Made by a program: the position numbers and the translations under genes. Positions 30,422 through 40,862 of a stretch of DNA of 64,000 bases are shown here, piece by piece. Positions within the stretch are counted from its first letter, which is position 1; each line of letters starts with the position of its first letter. The DNA comes from Candidatus Poribacteria bacterium (GTDB lineage: Bacteria > Poribacteria > WGA-4E > PCPOR2b): contig OZ244587.1 in NCBI GenBank assembly GCA_965218095.1, positions 4,064,001 to 4,128,000 on the forward strand. The letters run 5' to 3'. Under the pieces are notes generated by a model. It was not told the DNA's origin. It ran no database searches and worked only from the letters and a program-made list of their open reading frames with translations.

Positions 30422-30448
30422 GACAAAAGTAGACTTCTCGAGTAAAAT
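30420..30448 (+). promoter_or_regulatory. Putative sigma70 promoter at the right end of the MITE
   Basis: TTGACA-N17-TAAAAT. Confidence 0.55.
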
Positions 30449-30548
30449 TTTTGAAAGAAGTCGGTGAAAGTCACCGGCAACATTCAAAATATAGATTAGG
30501 TATCAGACCATAAGGTCACGGCATTTAAGGCACCCAGGATATTGAATC

Positions 30549-30728
30549 GTTGCCATCTGCGACGCCGCTTTTCTAAATCCCCAAGGCGTGCCCGGCATCG
30601 TGTACGGTCCCGGCAGCCTGTTGGTGACTCATGCTGCAGATGAGTACATCAACATTGATGAGTTGATGGTGGTGACCAAGACCTACGCCCTGGCGACAAT
30701 GGATTGGTGTGAACGAGGCAACTGGTGA
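30549..30728 (+). pseudogene. C-terminal remnant of an M20 (ArgE/DapE-like) peptidase
   Basis: Manual translation CDAAFLNPQGVPGIVYGPGSLLVTHAADEYINIDELMVVTKTYALATMDWC matches the D.....GIP...GPG....H..DE M20 C-terminus. Confidence 0.8.
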
Positions 30729-30749
30729 AAAACCAAAAGGAGGAAGCCC

Positions 30750-32378
30750 ATGCTCAAGCCACGCATCATGTTCTACCACGATGGACGTCATCCGCTGCTC
30801 TACATGTACGAGCCACCTATGCAGAAGGAGGAGTGCGAGGCAGCGGTCGACGAACTGGTCGGTACGCCCGTAGAGGCACTCATGTTCTGCCTGGGGGATG
30901 GGCGTACCGTCCTACATGATACGAAAGTCGGCGAACTGTGGGGGCACAATGTGAAAAAGTGGCCCCATCTCATCTTTCGCCGGGCCCACCAGAATGCTTT
31001 GCATCTGATCAAAAACGGTCGCGATCCCTTGCGGCTGATCTGCGACCGCGCCCACGCCAAGGGGCTTTTGGCCTATCCCACACTGCTAGTGCAGTTGGAA
31101 AGCGGCGAGCGAGGCGGCGGTGGGTATAACATTCGCAGCTCGGACTTTCGCCTAGACAACAAGCATCTCGAGATCGGCGCCAGGGGCGACTTAGACCCCA
31201 ATTTTCCTGGCATCCACTGTGCCGATTTCATGCACCAGGAGGTCCGTGATGAGCGATTTGCCCTCATCTCCGAGGTCCTGACCAACTATGAGGTAGATGG
31301 GTTCGAGCTCCAATTCAACTTCTGGCCCTACTACTTCCACCCGGATGAGGTTGATGCGGGGCGTCAGATCATGACCGAGTGGGTGGAACGCGTCTGTGAA
31401 GCGGTCAAAAGGAGTGGATCCGAGAGGGAACTGGCCATCAGTATCCCGTCCAACGTCGAGGACTGCATGTCCCGGGGGCTGGACCCGCAGGAGTGGATGC
31501 GGCAGGGGATTGTGGACGTTCTCATCGCCCAGGCAATTTCACGTCCGGAGCTGCGAGATCCGAACGGCACCTCTCTGACATACGAACCGCCGCTGCTGGC
31601 AGACCTCCGTTTCCTGGTGGAGGCTGCCAGCGGGTCGGACTGCCGCATCCACGCTGCCATCGACAGCAACATTGACTCTGACCGTTTGGGTGAGGCGTCT
31701 ATCGAAATGGCCCGTGCTGCGGCCTGCAACTATTGGTCGCAGGGCATCGACGGACTTTACCTCAGTCAGTGGTTCGGTAACTGGCCATACGGGGCGTCGT
31801 TCTACGAGAAGCTCCGCGAGTTGCCCCATCCGGACGTTATGGCGCCCAAGGACAAGTTCTACCATATCCCCACCGAAACCGGTCGCTTGCCGAAACCCGA
31901 ATCTGGAGAAGGGCTCACGTCGCAACTGCCGGCTATCCTGGAGGTAAATCAGCCTGTTCAGTTGGTGGTCACAATCAGCGACGACCTTCCCCGGTGGGAC
32001 CGGGTGGGTCGCGTCCACGAAGTCCTGCTACGCACGCGAATCATGAACACCACCGAAGGCGACGGACTGTGTTTTCGACTCAACGGGGTTTCTCTGCCGG
32101 AGGAGGAACTACGCAAAATCAACGAGATGTACCGGATGAAGGCGCCGCGCTACCGCACAGGCTCGGGCTACTGGTTCATCTACCGGCTTTCCCGCAACCA
32201 CTGGCCCCAACAAGGCCAGAACGTATTCGAAGCCACCCTGCTCTGGCGCGACAAGGATGTAACGCCTCCGGTCTATGTCCGCGATGTCGAGCTAGAGATC
32301 AAGTACCTAATGGGCAGGAATTTCCATCGCGGGTCCGTGGATGCAGATCTGGGTCCCTACGCGCATGGTGTGGCATAA
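30750..32378 (+). CDS. Uncharacterised TIM-barrel glycoside-hydrolase-like (GHL10-like) protein
   Basis: DF...EVR..R..LI.EVL.NY.VDGFEL.F, G.D...W...G.VDVLI, A..YW..G.DG.YL patterns; RBS AGGAGG. Confidence 0.6.
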   Translation: MLKPRIMFYHDGRHPLLYMYEPPMQKEECEAAVDELVGTPVEALMFCLGDGRTVLHDTKVGELWGHNVKKWPHLIFRRAHQNALHLIKNGRDPLRLICDRAHAKGLLAYPTLLVQLESGERGGGGYNIRSSDFRLDNKHLEIGARGDLDPNFPGIHCADFMHQEVRDERFALISEVLTNYEVDGFELQFNFWPYYFHPDEVDAGRQIMTEWVERVCEAVKRSGSERELAISIPSNVEDCMSRGLDPQEWMRQGIVDVLIAQAISRPELRDPNGTSLTYEPPLLADLRFLVEAASGSDCRIHAAIDSNIDSDRLGEASIEMARAAACNYWSQGIDGLYLSQWFGNWPYGASFYEKLRELPHPDVMAPKDKFYHIPTETGRLPKPESGEGLTSQLPAILEVNQPVQLVVTISDDLPRWDRVGRVHEVLLRTRIMNTTEGDGLCFRLNGVSLPEEELRKINEMYRMKAPRYRTGSGYWFIYRLSRNHWPQQGQNVFEATLLWRDKDVTPPVYVRDVELEIKYLMGRNFHRGSVDADLGPYAHGVA

Positions 32379-32481
32379 AACAACGGCGAATTGATTGATT
32401 TGACATACTTTCTACAAAGCTGTTTTCCCGGAGCACCTGGCGAGCGTCACAACGTGACACCGTAAAGAGAAAGGGGCATAT

Positions 32482-33825
32482 ATGCAAACAGAAGAAAAAC
32501 ATGGGATTCGCGAAGCACCGAAAGGCCTGGGAGGGCTGCTGCGAAATATTGGTCCGGGCGTTGTGCTTTCGGGCTCAGTGGTGGGGTCCGGTGAACTCCT
32601 TGTGACCACACGCATGGGGGCCGAAGTGGGAATTGTGTTTCTTTGGGGTGCCATCGTTGCTTGCCTAGTGAAATTCTTCATCCAATTAGAATTGGGACGC
32701 CAGTGTATCCTGCACAACAATACAAGCATACAGGTACTGAACCGGGTGGCTGGGCCACAGTTGAGGAATGCTTCCTGGGTCTCCTGGGTGTGCATGGTCG
32801 GGTATTTCTTGGTCATGATCGCTTTGATCGGTATCCTGGTCTCAGTCGCTGGCCTGATGGTCACCCTGTTTCCCGGAATCCCCTACAGCGTTTGGGCGGT
32901 CGCGATCTTTTTAGCGATGTCAGTCCTGCTTTACCGTGGCCTATATAATGACCTTGAGAAAATGGTGTCATTCCTGGTTGCCAGCTTCAGCTTGATCGTG
33001 ATTGGCTCAGTGCTGCTCCTGCAAGGAACGCCTTATGCGTTCAGCGGCAAGGATTTGTTGTCCGGGTTCCGTTTTACCATGCCTCCGGAGGGCGCATTCG
33101 TGGCGCTGGCGGTGATGGGGTCGGTGGGAGCAACAGCAGTGGAGTTATTCATGTATCCCTACTGGATAAGGGAGAAGGGGTACCCAGATTTTGTGGGCCC
33201 GCAGCAGGACACCCCGGAATGGCGCCAGCGCTACCGGGGCTGGATGCGAGTCCTCTTCACAGATACGCTGGTGTGTACACTGATTGCCACAGTCATCACC
33301 TGCGCCTACTATTTGCTGGGGGCTTCGATTCTTAAGCAACTCAGTGTGCTGCCCCAGGGCATGAAGGTGGTCGAACAGGTGTCGCTGATCTTCACCGAAA
33401 CCATCGGTGGGTGGGCCTACTACCTCTTCATGTTTGGTGGTTTCTGCACGTTGTTTTCTACCCTTCTGGTCTTTACTGCCAGTGCCGGGCGCATCAGCGT
33501 GGATTTTCTCCATCAGGTGGGCATGTCTTCCCTTAACCGGGAGGAAGCCCGACGGCGTCTGGTGCGCATCCTGCAGATTGCCTTCCCCTTCTTCTGGCTC
33601 TGTGTCACCCTCACAAAATCCGACACCCCCCTTGCTTTTGTGCTTGTCGGGGCGAATGCCAACAACTTACTGCTCATTCCCATGGCCTATGGCATCGTGC
33701 ATCTGGCAATGCGGGCAGCGGATCGGGAGCGCATGCCGCTGTGGATCGAGATTGGGCTGCTACTTACCGTTTGGGTGATTATCAATTTCACAGCGATCAA
33801 TCTCTATCTGCGCTGGACTCACTGA
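32482..33825 (+). CDS. Nramp-like (YcsG/MntH superfamily) membrane transporter
   Basis: IGPGVVLSGSVVGSGEL...T..GA..G...LW....A...K...Q.E.GR; about 11 transmembrane segments; TLFST. Confidence 0.8.
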   Translation: MQTEEKHGIREAPKGLGGLLRNIGPGVVLSGSVVGSGELLVTTRMGAEVGIVFLWGAIVACLVKFFIQLELGRQCILHNNTSIQVLNRVAGPQLRNASWVSWVCMVGYFLVMIALIGILVSVAGLMVTLFPGIPYSVWAVAIFLAMSVLLYRGLYNDLEKMVSFLVASFSLIVIGSVLLLQGTPYAFSGKDLLSGFRFTMPPEGAFVALAVMGSVGATAVELFMYPYWIREKGYPDFVGPQQDTPEWRQRYRGWMRVLFTDTLVCTLIATVITCAYYLLGASILKQLSVLPQGMKVVEQVSLIFTETIGGWAYYLFMFGGFCTLFSTLLVFTASAGRISVDFLHQVGMSSLNREEARRRLVRILQIAFPFFWLCVTLTKSDTPLAFVLVGANANNLLLIPMAYGIVHLAMRAADRERMPLWIEIGLLLTVWVIINFTAINLYLRWTH

Positions 33826-34050
33826 GCGTCATAGGGCGAGTGTCGTTTTCAGCTTTCTCTTTTACAACTTCGTTTTTCTTAAACGTCAGAAGAAAATGAT
33901 ATATTGACTGAGCTATTATCCAATCAACATGCCTCATTTTGCTACAAGAATTCACTTTTCCTCTCCTCTAGGCATCAACAGATGGAGTTTCCCTCAAAAA
34001 GTGTCAGGTTATACTCAACACCGCGTCAAATTGCGCTTTTGGAGGCTTCC

Positions 34051-34095
34051 GTCATCCTGAACGCACTGAAGGATCTCTTGCGCTGAGATTCTTCG
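34051..34095. repeat. REP-like palindromic repeat, copy 2
   Basis: GTCATCCTGAACGCACTGAAGGATCTCTTGCGCTGAGATTCTTCG, homologous to 23767-23827. Confidence 0.7.
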
Positions 34096-34213
34096 TAAAT
34101 CCTCTCCGGGAGTTAGCTGATTCTCCCCACGACATTGGGGGGCCGGAGAGGCAAGTCAAAATATAGGGCACCCAGCATTCTGGGGCTGGCTTCGCCTGGA
34201 AAGGAGATTCCTC

Positions 34214-35251
34214 ATGAGTTCAATCAACAGTGTGGAGCGGTTCAAGCAGCGCATGCACGAGGGTACGAAGCCCAAAATCCTGGCCACTGCTCCCGTTGAC
34301 CCAATCATCCACGAGGAGTTGGGCAGGCTTTATCCGATACAGACCGCGGAAAATGACCATCACAAAATCCTGCTCGCCCTGATGCCGGGAAGCATTTGTT
34401 TAATCAGTCGAGGCCTGGCTCCCATTGACAGTGAGATTATGGATGCCAGCCACGATCTGCTCGTGATCAGTCGCATGGGCGCTGGCTATGAAAACGTGGA
34501 CATCTCTGCCGCCACGGACCGCGGCATCCCCGTGGTCTATGCGCCGCTGCTCGGCGAGGCGGTGGCGGAGGCTGTCTTCGCAATGATCTTGGCACTGACC
34601 AAGCGGTTGTTTTACTGGCACGAATCGTTGATAAGCGGCCATTGGGCTCGGCGGATGGCCGAGCGTACCGAAGATCTGTACGGAAAAACCCTCGGCATTG
34701 TCGGGCTTGGCAGAATCGGCCGCGAGGTCGCGGTGCGAGCCAAAGCCTTCGGTATGCGAATCGTGGCCCATGATCCGTACGTTCGCCAGGATCAGGGGCG
34801 CGAACTACAGGTAGAATTGATATCTCTTGACGATCTGCTGGAAAGCTCGGACATCGTCACGCTGCACGCGCTAGTCACGCCCGAGACAACAGCGATGATC
34901 AACCGCTCGAACCTACCCAGGGTCAAGCGCGGCGCTTATCTGGTCAACTTCGCGCGAGGCGCTTTGATTGAGAACCTGGACATTTTGTACGAGGCCTTGG
35001 AAGACGAGCGCCTTGCCGGAGTGGGGCTCGACGTGTTTCCGGACGAACCGCCTACTAATCTCGACCATCCGCTGTTTTCGCATCCGAATTTCATCGGCTC
35101 ACCGCATGTGCTGGCATCCACCGCCGGCGCCGAGGCACGCTGTGCTCGATCGGTTTGCAAAGACGTGACGGCTGTGCTGCATGGGCAAAGACCCCAATGG
35201 TGCGTCAACCCCGAGGTGTTTGACTCGCCACAACTGCGTTCTAAACGATAA
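34214..35251 (+). CDS. D-isomer-specific 2-hydroxyacid dehydrogenase (SerA-like)
   Basis: GAGYENVD, GIVGLGRIG, LVNFARG, LDVFPDEP, SPH. Confidence 0.92.
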   Translation: MSSINSVERFKQRMHEGTKPKILATAPVDPIIHEELGRLYPIQTAENDHHKILLALMPGSICLISRGLAPIDSEIMDASHDLLVISRMGAGYENVDISAATDRGIPVVYAPLLGEAVAEAVFAMILALTKRLFYWHESLISGHWARRMAERTEDLYGKTLGIVGLGRIGREVAVRAKAFGMRIVAHDPYVRQDQGRELQVELISLDDLLESSDIVTLHALVTPETTAMINRSNLPRVKRGAYLVNFARGALIENLDILYEALEDERLAGVGLDVFPDEPPTNLDHPLFSHPNFIGSPHVLASTAGAEARCARSVCKDVTAVLHGQRPQWCVNPEVFDSPQLRSKR

Positions 35252-35255
35252 AGCC

Positions 35256-36506
35256 ATGTGGGATAAAAACGAATACGAAGTTCCTGAATCAGAGTTTCGT
35301 CAGCGAATCGCGCGCGTTGCTGAATTCGCGGGCAAGCATGACCTGAGCGCCGTTGTCGTCTATTCGGCGCCCAGAATCCACCAATGGACCCAGACCGGAC
35401 ATGTGGGATATCTGACCAATTGGTCCAATCTCGACCGCATCACCGACGCAATGGTGGTTGTGAGCCGCGATGCAGAGCCTATCCTGCTCGTCGCCGGCGT
35501 TGAGTACATGCTGGGCCAGGTCGCCGGTGTCTCGTGGGTCAGCGACGTGCGGTTGGTCAGCTCGCCCGATCCGCGGGCGGTCTCGGGCGCCTTCGATCCC
35601 AGCGTCGGTGGGGGTGAAGCAACCCACGGGGCCAGAACCTTCGGCGGCGAGATTCGTCAGATTCTGCAATCGAAGCGTTGTGCCGACAAATCCATTGGCA
35701 TCGCAGGCCTTGAGGCCATGCCCGCCACCATCCACCGTGACCTCGCATTGTCCCTCGACAGCGGCATTGCCGACGTCCCTGATATCGTTGCCCAACTGCG
35801 CACGATCAAGACGCCGCAGGAAGTTGCGATTCTCAGACAAGTCGCTGCCATCTCTGATCGCTGCTACTAGACCATGATGGAGGTGTTGACGGACGGGATG
35901 TGGGGCTACGAGTTGAGCGCGGAGATGGACCGCACTGCCAAGCACGAAGGCGCCGACCTGGTCTACAACACCATACACAGTGCGCCGGGCGGGGAACTTT
36001 CAAAGGGTAAACTGTCCATCAAGGCCCACGATTGCCGCCTGCATTGCGGTGACTACATCAACGTCAACGCATATCTGGTTTACAAGGGGTATTGGATTCA
36101 ATCAGACCGAGACCGGGCTGGAACCATCGGCCAAACGCTCTCTTCAACAGCCGCTAGTGCCGTTGAAGCCAACCTGCGCGCCCAAGATGAGGTTCTGGCT
36201 GCGATTCGACCGGGATTGTCCATTGGTGATTTAATCCGTATCGGGGATGAGGTGGTCGAGCAACTTAGGTACAGGATTCAAGGTGAACGTATCGGACACG
36301 GCCAGGGATTGGATTATTCCGAACAACCCTTCCTCATCGCAGGCAGTCACGAAACCCTCAAACCGGGACATGTGTTTGTCCTGCACGTCTGCTTGGAGAT
36401 ACCCGGCACAAACATTTTGATCAATCCCATCGCCGACCTGTGCCACGTGACGTCCGACAGCGTCGAAGTCCTCAACCGATTTCCTCGTGGGCTGTTTTAC
36501 AGGTAG
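35256..36506 (+). pseudogene. M24 (Xaa-Pro peptidase/creatinase fold) protein interrupted by an in-frame TAG at 35868-35870
   Basis: The N-half (creatinase-N, LRTIKTPQEV) and C-half (IGHGQGL..SE.P, LKPG.VF) are in the same frame, separated by TAC TAG ACC ATG. Confidence 0.85.
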
Positions 36507-36576
36507 GGGCATTCGGTATTATTCCTGCTGAACCTGGCAAGATGATAGGAAATACTAACTGGGAGGAGCGATCACT

Positions 36577-37788
36577 ATGAGAATAACAGATGTCAAGATA
36601 TATGTGGTGGCGAATCCGCCTCCTCATCGTGGAGGTCCATATTTTGTTTTCTTGAAACTGACCACGGATGACAAGATTGAAGGCTTCGGCGAAGTCTACG
36701 GAGTGCCGTTTCACCCGAACAAGGTAGCACAGCTAATTGAAGACGTTGGGGAGCGGTATATTATTGGCTGGGACCCGTTCAAGATTGAACAGCTATGGCG
36801 GATAATCTACTCGAGTGGATATACTCAGCATCCTGATCTGACGTTGGTGGGGGTACTGAGTGGCATTGAGATTGCCTGCTGGGACATTATTGGTAAGGCC
36901 CTCAACCAGCCCCCCTGCTCGGCGGCCAAGTTCACGAAAAACTCCGTTCTTACACCTAACCTATACCCGGCGCCCGATGATTTGGCGCCAAAGAACGAAA
37001 CGCAAGATGCTATGGCAATAGCCAACGTTTTTGGTGACCCAGAGCTCGCACCGAAGAGAGCAGTCCATTACGTTGAGCAGGGTTTCACGGCCCTGAAATT
37101 TGACCCCGTTATGCCAATATCTGCCTTTGACCCCAGGCAGCTTTCCCTGGAAGCACTTGATAATGCCGAGCTCGTCATTAAGAACATACGGCAAGCTGTC
37201 GGTAGCAAGTGTGACTTACTTGTAGGAACGCATGGCCAGATGACGACTTCTAGTGCTATCCGTCTCGCCAAGAGGTTAGAGCCATTTGACCCGCTGTGGT
37301 TTGAGGAGCCAGTGCCGCCGGAGAATAAGGAAGAGATGGCCCGGGTTGCCCAATCTACCAGCATTCCGGTTGCCTCCGGTGAGTGTCTAACTACAAAGTA
37401 TGAGTTTGTTGAGTTACTTGAGAATCAAGCGGCTGCTATTCTTCAGCCGGCACTTGGACGAGTTGGGGGGATATTGGAGGCCAAGAAGATTGCCGGTATG
37501 GCGGAGGCGCACTACGCTGAGGTTGCCCCGCATCTTTACTGTGGGCCGATAGAAGCAGCCGCCAATATACAGCTTGCTACCTGTAGCCCCAATTTCTTAA
37601 TCCAGGAAAGTATTGAGACATTTGGCGGTTTCCACGCTGAGATACTCAAAAAGCCAATTAGATGGGAGGACGGTTACATCATACCTCCCAGCAAACCAGG
37701 CCTGGGCATCGAGTTGAACGAGGCAGTAGCGGCCCAAAATCCCTATACCGGGACAATATTTCCAGAGATGGTGGACAGACCAATCTAA
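36577..37788 (+). CDS. Mandelate racemase family enzyme (DgoD-like) with a compensated internal frameshift
   Basis: GIEIACWDIIGKAL, ALKFDP, GTHGQ, WFEEP, ASGE, APH.YCGP, PGLGIELNE. The conserved LLGGQVHEKLRSYT segment is out of frame at 36915-36956. Confidence 0.85.
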   Translation: MRITDVKIYVVANPPPHRGGPYFVFLKLTTDDKIEGFGEVYGVPFHPNKVAQLIEDVGERYIIGWDPFKIEQLWRIIYSSGYTQHPDLTLVGVLSGIEIACWDIIGKALNQPPCSAAKFTKNSVLTPNLYPAPDDLAPKNETQDAMAIANVFGDPELAPKRAVHYVEQGFTALKFDPVMPISAFDPRQLSLEALDNAELVIKNIRQAVGSKCDLLVGTHGQMTTSSAIRLAKRLEPFDPLWFEEPVPPENKEEMARVAQSTSIPVASGECLTTKYEFVELLENQAAAILQPALGRVGGILEAKKIAGMAEAHYAEVAPHLYCGPIEAAANIQLATCSPNFLIQESIETFGGFHAEILKKPIRWEDGYIIPPSKPGLGIELNEAVAAQNPYTGTIFPEMVDRPI

Positions 37789-38002
37789 ATAGTTCCACTG
37801 ATGTTTTTTACATTTTGCAGCAGTTGTGGCGGTTTTGGTCCGACAGAATCGGACGAGCACGGTTGATTGAAATTAACAATCGCCGACAAATAGTGTGGTG
37901 GCTCAATTCAGTCGTCGGATTCAATCGCACTTCCTCGCCCCCTCGTGCCACTAGCATTTGTCACAGACCTAACTCTGCGTGCTTTATATGCACCACACTT
38001 GC

Positions 38003-38730
38003 TCAGGCAGACCGCGACCGGAACTCGGCGATGAAAGCGTCGCGGGCTGCTTCAGGCCCGCCCTCTACGATGCCGACGCGACCATGACGCACCACGCGCT
38101 CCCCGGCGCCAATATCCCCGAAGTAGGGATTGGCGTGAATACACCCATAGGCCGGAGTCACGTTGCTCTGGAGAAACTGCACGTCCTCCCAAGCTGTCCA
38201 GACTGTCCGGGACCCATCCACCCTCGTCACGCATACGAACCCATCGTCGGGATGCTCGACCGTGTGGCACCACTTGGCACCGGGGCAGGTGGGGTCGCCG
38301 TGAAGCACCTGGGGGATATGACTGTCAATAATGGCAAACAGGTACTGCGGTTTGCCTCCAATCGTGCCCATCTCCGCCAGTGAAACCAACTCGCGGTTCA
38401 CCACACACCGGGTGCGCTCCCTGGCCAGATCAAGGTACGAAGCGGCCAGGGTCAACTGCATGCACGCTGCGGCATGGACCCGCCGCCAAGCTTGCTCTGT
38501 GAGGTTGCCGATGGCTAACTCCAACCTGTAGCCGGTGTCCTCGCCCCGGATGCTCGCAGCCAGACTGAGCCGTCCGGGTATCTCCAGATCGTAGCGGACT
38601 TCCGACTCTCCATCGGGAACCCAGACCACGGGATGGGCAGGCTCATTGGTGAACCGGGGACGTTCGCCCGTGGCCCCGATCTCGACCAGTTCGGGGAGCC
38701 AGAGGTTCGCGCGGTCCCTCCCCTGCGGGT
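38003..38730 (-). pseudogene. 5'-truncated hypothetical protein
   Basis: The GC-rich coding-like frame extends upstream of the ORF-track start (RDRANLWLPELVEIG...) with no start codon or RBS before an abrupt composition change at ~38730. C-terminal CIHANP.FGDI..GE motif. Confidence 0.5.
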
Positions 38731-38857
38731 TTAAATGCAGTGAGTTCTCAATCTGACGTGGTAGAAGCGGCTATGTTTGTAAACTCTTATTTATCGGACG
38801 TTTTCAACGCCGCCATTTAGAATAGCACCCATACCTGAGTGTTTTAGCCCCTGAATC

Positions 38858-39166
38858 CTACTCGAGTCTTATTGTTATACTGCGATGTTCAATTATTTTA
38901 AGGTCTGAATTGGAAGCCAAACAAGGCCCCATTATTTCAAGTGTAAGTATTTGCCCTTGTAACGTCCATTCGGATACACCATCTACGGTAAGCCCCTTTG
39001 GTCTTTCATCAAAGAAAACCTTAATCGCATCAATATTAAACACGCCATCCTCTAGTTGGGTGAAAACGCTCTCACTCTTGATAATAGCTGCGCCCTTCAT
39101 AATAGCTGGTCCATCGCTATCATCCATGCCACATCCCCCCATGGCGACCACGAGAAGCAAACTCAC
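38858..39166 (-). CDS. Small putative lipoprotein (possibly truncated)
   Basis: Hydrophobic leader with lipobox-like VAMGGC; start is uncertain next to an A8 run. Confidence 0.4.
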   Translation of the reverse strand: MSLLLVVAMGGCGMDDSDGPAIMKGAAIIKSESVFTQLEDGVFNIDAIKVFFDERPKGLTVDGVSEWTLQGQILTLEIMGPCLASNSDLKIIEHRSITIRLE

Positions 39167-39550
39167 CAGTAATAGAATAGTCTTTGTTTTTTTTACACTT
39201 TCTCCCCCCTCTCACTTTCTCACCTGCTGCTTACCTCTAACCTTACCTCAGACAACTGATGTCCGATAACTCTGGTTAACAGTCGCTTGCTTTCCGTGCT
39301 GAGATTTTCAATAGATCGCATAACCTTTGCGTGTGTTATAATAAACGGATCCAGTCGATGCGTTGCCTGTGACTTTCAGGGTTTCTCCTGGGTCTGGCCT
39401 TCTTTCTATTGATGATAGCCAAAAGACGACTTTTTACACACAATTCTATTTAGGCAACATGCTAAACGCGAAGGAGGTCATTTCACGAATGTTTCCTATA
39501 CTATACCTAATTTCGACTTCGATTCACCACATAAAAATTAAATTTTCAGT

Positions 39551-39739
39551 ATTGAAACCGTTGAACAAATCATATCAAGAGTCCGGGAAGCATTGAACTT
39601 TCTGCCGCCAGAAGGGATTTTTCTCAATCCTGACTGTGGGTTTGGCACGTTCGCCAGCCGACCGATGAATAAGACGGAGATTGCCACGCAGAAACTCGGG
39701 GTGATTGCTGAAGCCGCAGCAACATTACGGAAAAGATGA
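39551..39739 (+). pseudogene. C-terminal remnant of a cobalamin-independent methionine synthase (Meth_synt_2) family gene
   Basis: Manual translation IETVEQIISRVREALNFLPPEGIFLNPDCGFGTF...ATQKL..IAEAA..LR*; NPDCGF Zn-ligand motif. Confidence 0.85.
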
Positions 39740-40366
39740 CCCACTTATTGTGTTTTTTTGGCGATGTTACAGAATTGGTCACTGTAGCCGTGAGTCAATT
39801 CACCCTACAACCGTACAGTTCCCAACATGCACCCATGGACCGATAGCTACACCATAAGGCATTACTACCAAAGGCATTACTGCCACACCTGACGAGTTCT
39901 TCCCTCCGATGTCTCACATGACGACTGACCATAACGTAGAGATGGGGTGAGCGCTCGGTTTCCTGCGCGGATTGCCGGGATACGAATTCGAACCAGAGAC
40001 CATGTTCTTCGACGCGGTTGAAGCGTTTGCGCCCAAATCTCCTGACAACGCCGCCCGTTTGAATTCTCTTTCATCCACCCTGGAATTCCGGAAGAACGAG
40101 ACCATTCTCACTGACCTCATTGAAGTCGCTGAATACCAACTTTACCTCAGAAGTGACAGAGTGGCTGAGAATCATGTCGTCTTGAGATTGGTAGAATTAA
40201 ATGATACTGCGTGCCCACGTTGATAAAGGCGTTAGGCCGAAAGAAAACGCGCTGTCCTATGATGCCGATTGCACAGACAGAAAGTCCTTTCGGGTCATGC
40301 ACGGTTTGGATTGGGTTAATTCTTGTGCCATTTTTTAGTCGATCCTTCTCCGATCATTAAAAAGCG

Positions 40367-40395
40367 TTGACAGTTGAAAGTCAGCAGACTATACT
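40367..40395 (+). promoter_or_regulatory. Sigma70 promoter, probably driving a leaderless transcript
   Basis: TTGACA-N17-TATACT, with the ATG only 6 nt after the -10 box. Confidence 0.75.
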
Positions 40396-40401
40396 GGTGA
40401 T

Positions 40402-40620
40402 ATGAAAATCAAAACATCGTTTACATTATCCAAAGATTTGATCGAAGAAATAGACAAACTTCTGGGTCGAAAAGGAAATCGGTCGACGCTTGTGGAGCAG
40501 GCTTTGCGTAACTACTTGGCGGCTCAAAAGGGACAAAACGCCGACCCCAACACGCTCAATAAAGCAGATGATAATGTCAACGCACAACCGATTGAGCGTG
40601 TTGTACAAGAAGTCGTTTAA
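40402..40620 (+). CDS. Ribbon-helix-helix (CopG/antitoxin-like) DNA-binding protein
   Basis: MKIKTSFTLSKDLIEEIDKL....GNRSTLVEQALRNYL matches the RHH pattern. Confidence 0.8.
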   Translation: MKIKTSFTLSKDLIEEIDKLLGRKGNRSTLVEQALRNYLAAQKGQNADPNTLNKADDNVNAQPIERVVQEVV

Positions 40621-40862
40621 TCCCATTTTGAAATTGAGCCGGAGATTGATGAAATCGTCTGGTTCAAAAGCAGATCTAATCGAGAAATCCGCTTGCTTGA
40701 AATTAACCAGGACACCTTTCCAACCGGAAATGTTTTGGTTTTTCCCTTTGCTCCTTCTCCTCCAGAAGTTCCTCTTCCCGTTTTTTCTCTAATCCGCAAT
40801 TCCAAATGTGATGTTTTTCAGTCTTCAATATACAATTTTCAATCCTGACAAGGAGAACTTTT

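Noticed and set aside
39860-40223. 83-aa ORF at 39972 as an identifiable gene
   Set aside because: It looks like a coding fragment without a proper start, but I could not assign any family.
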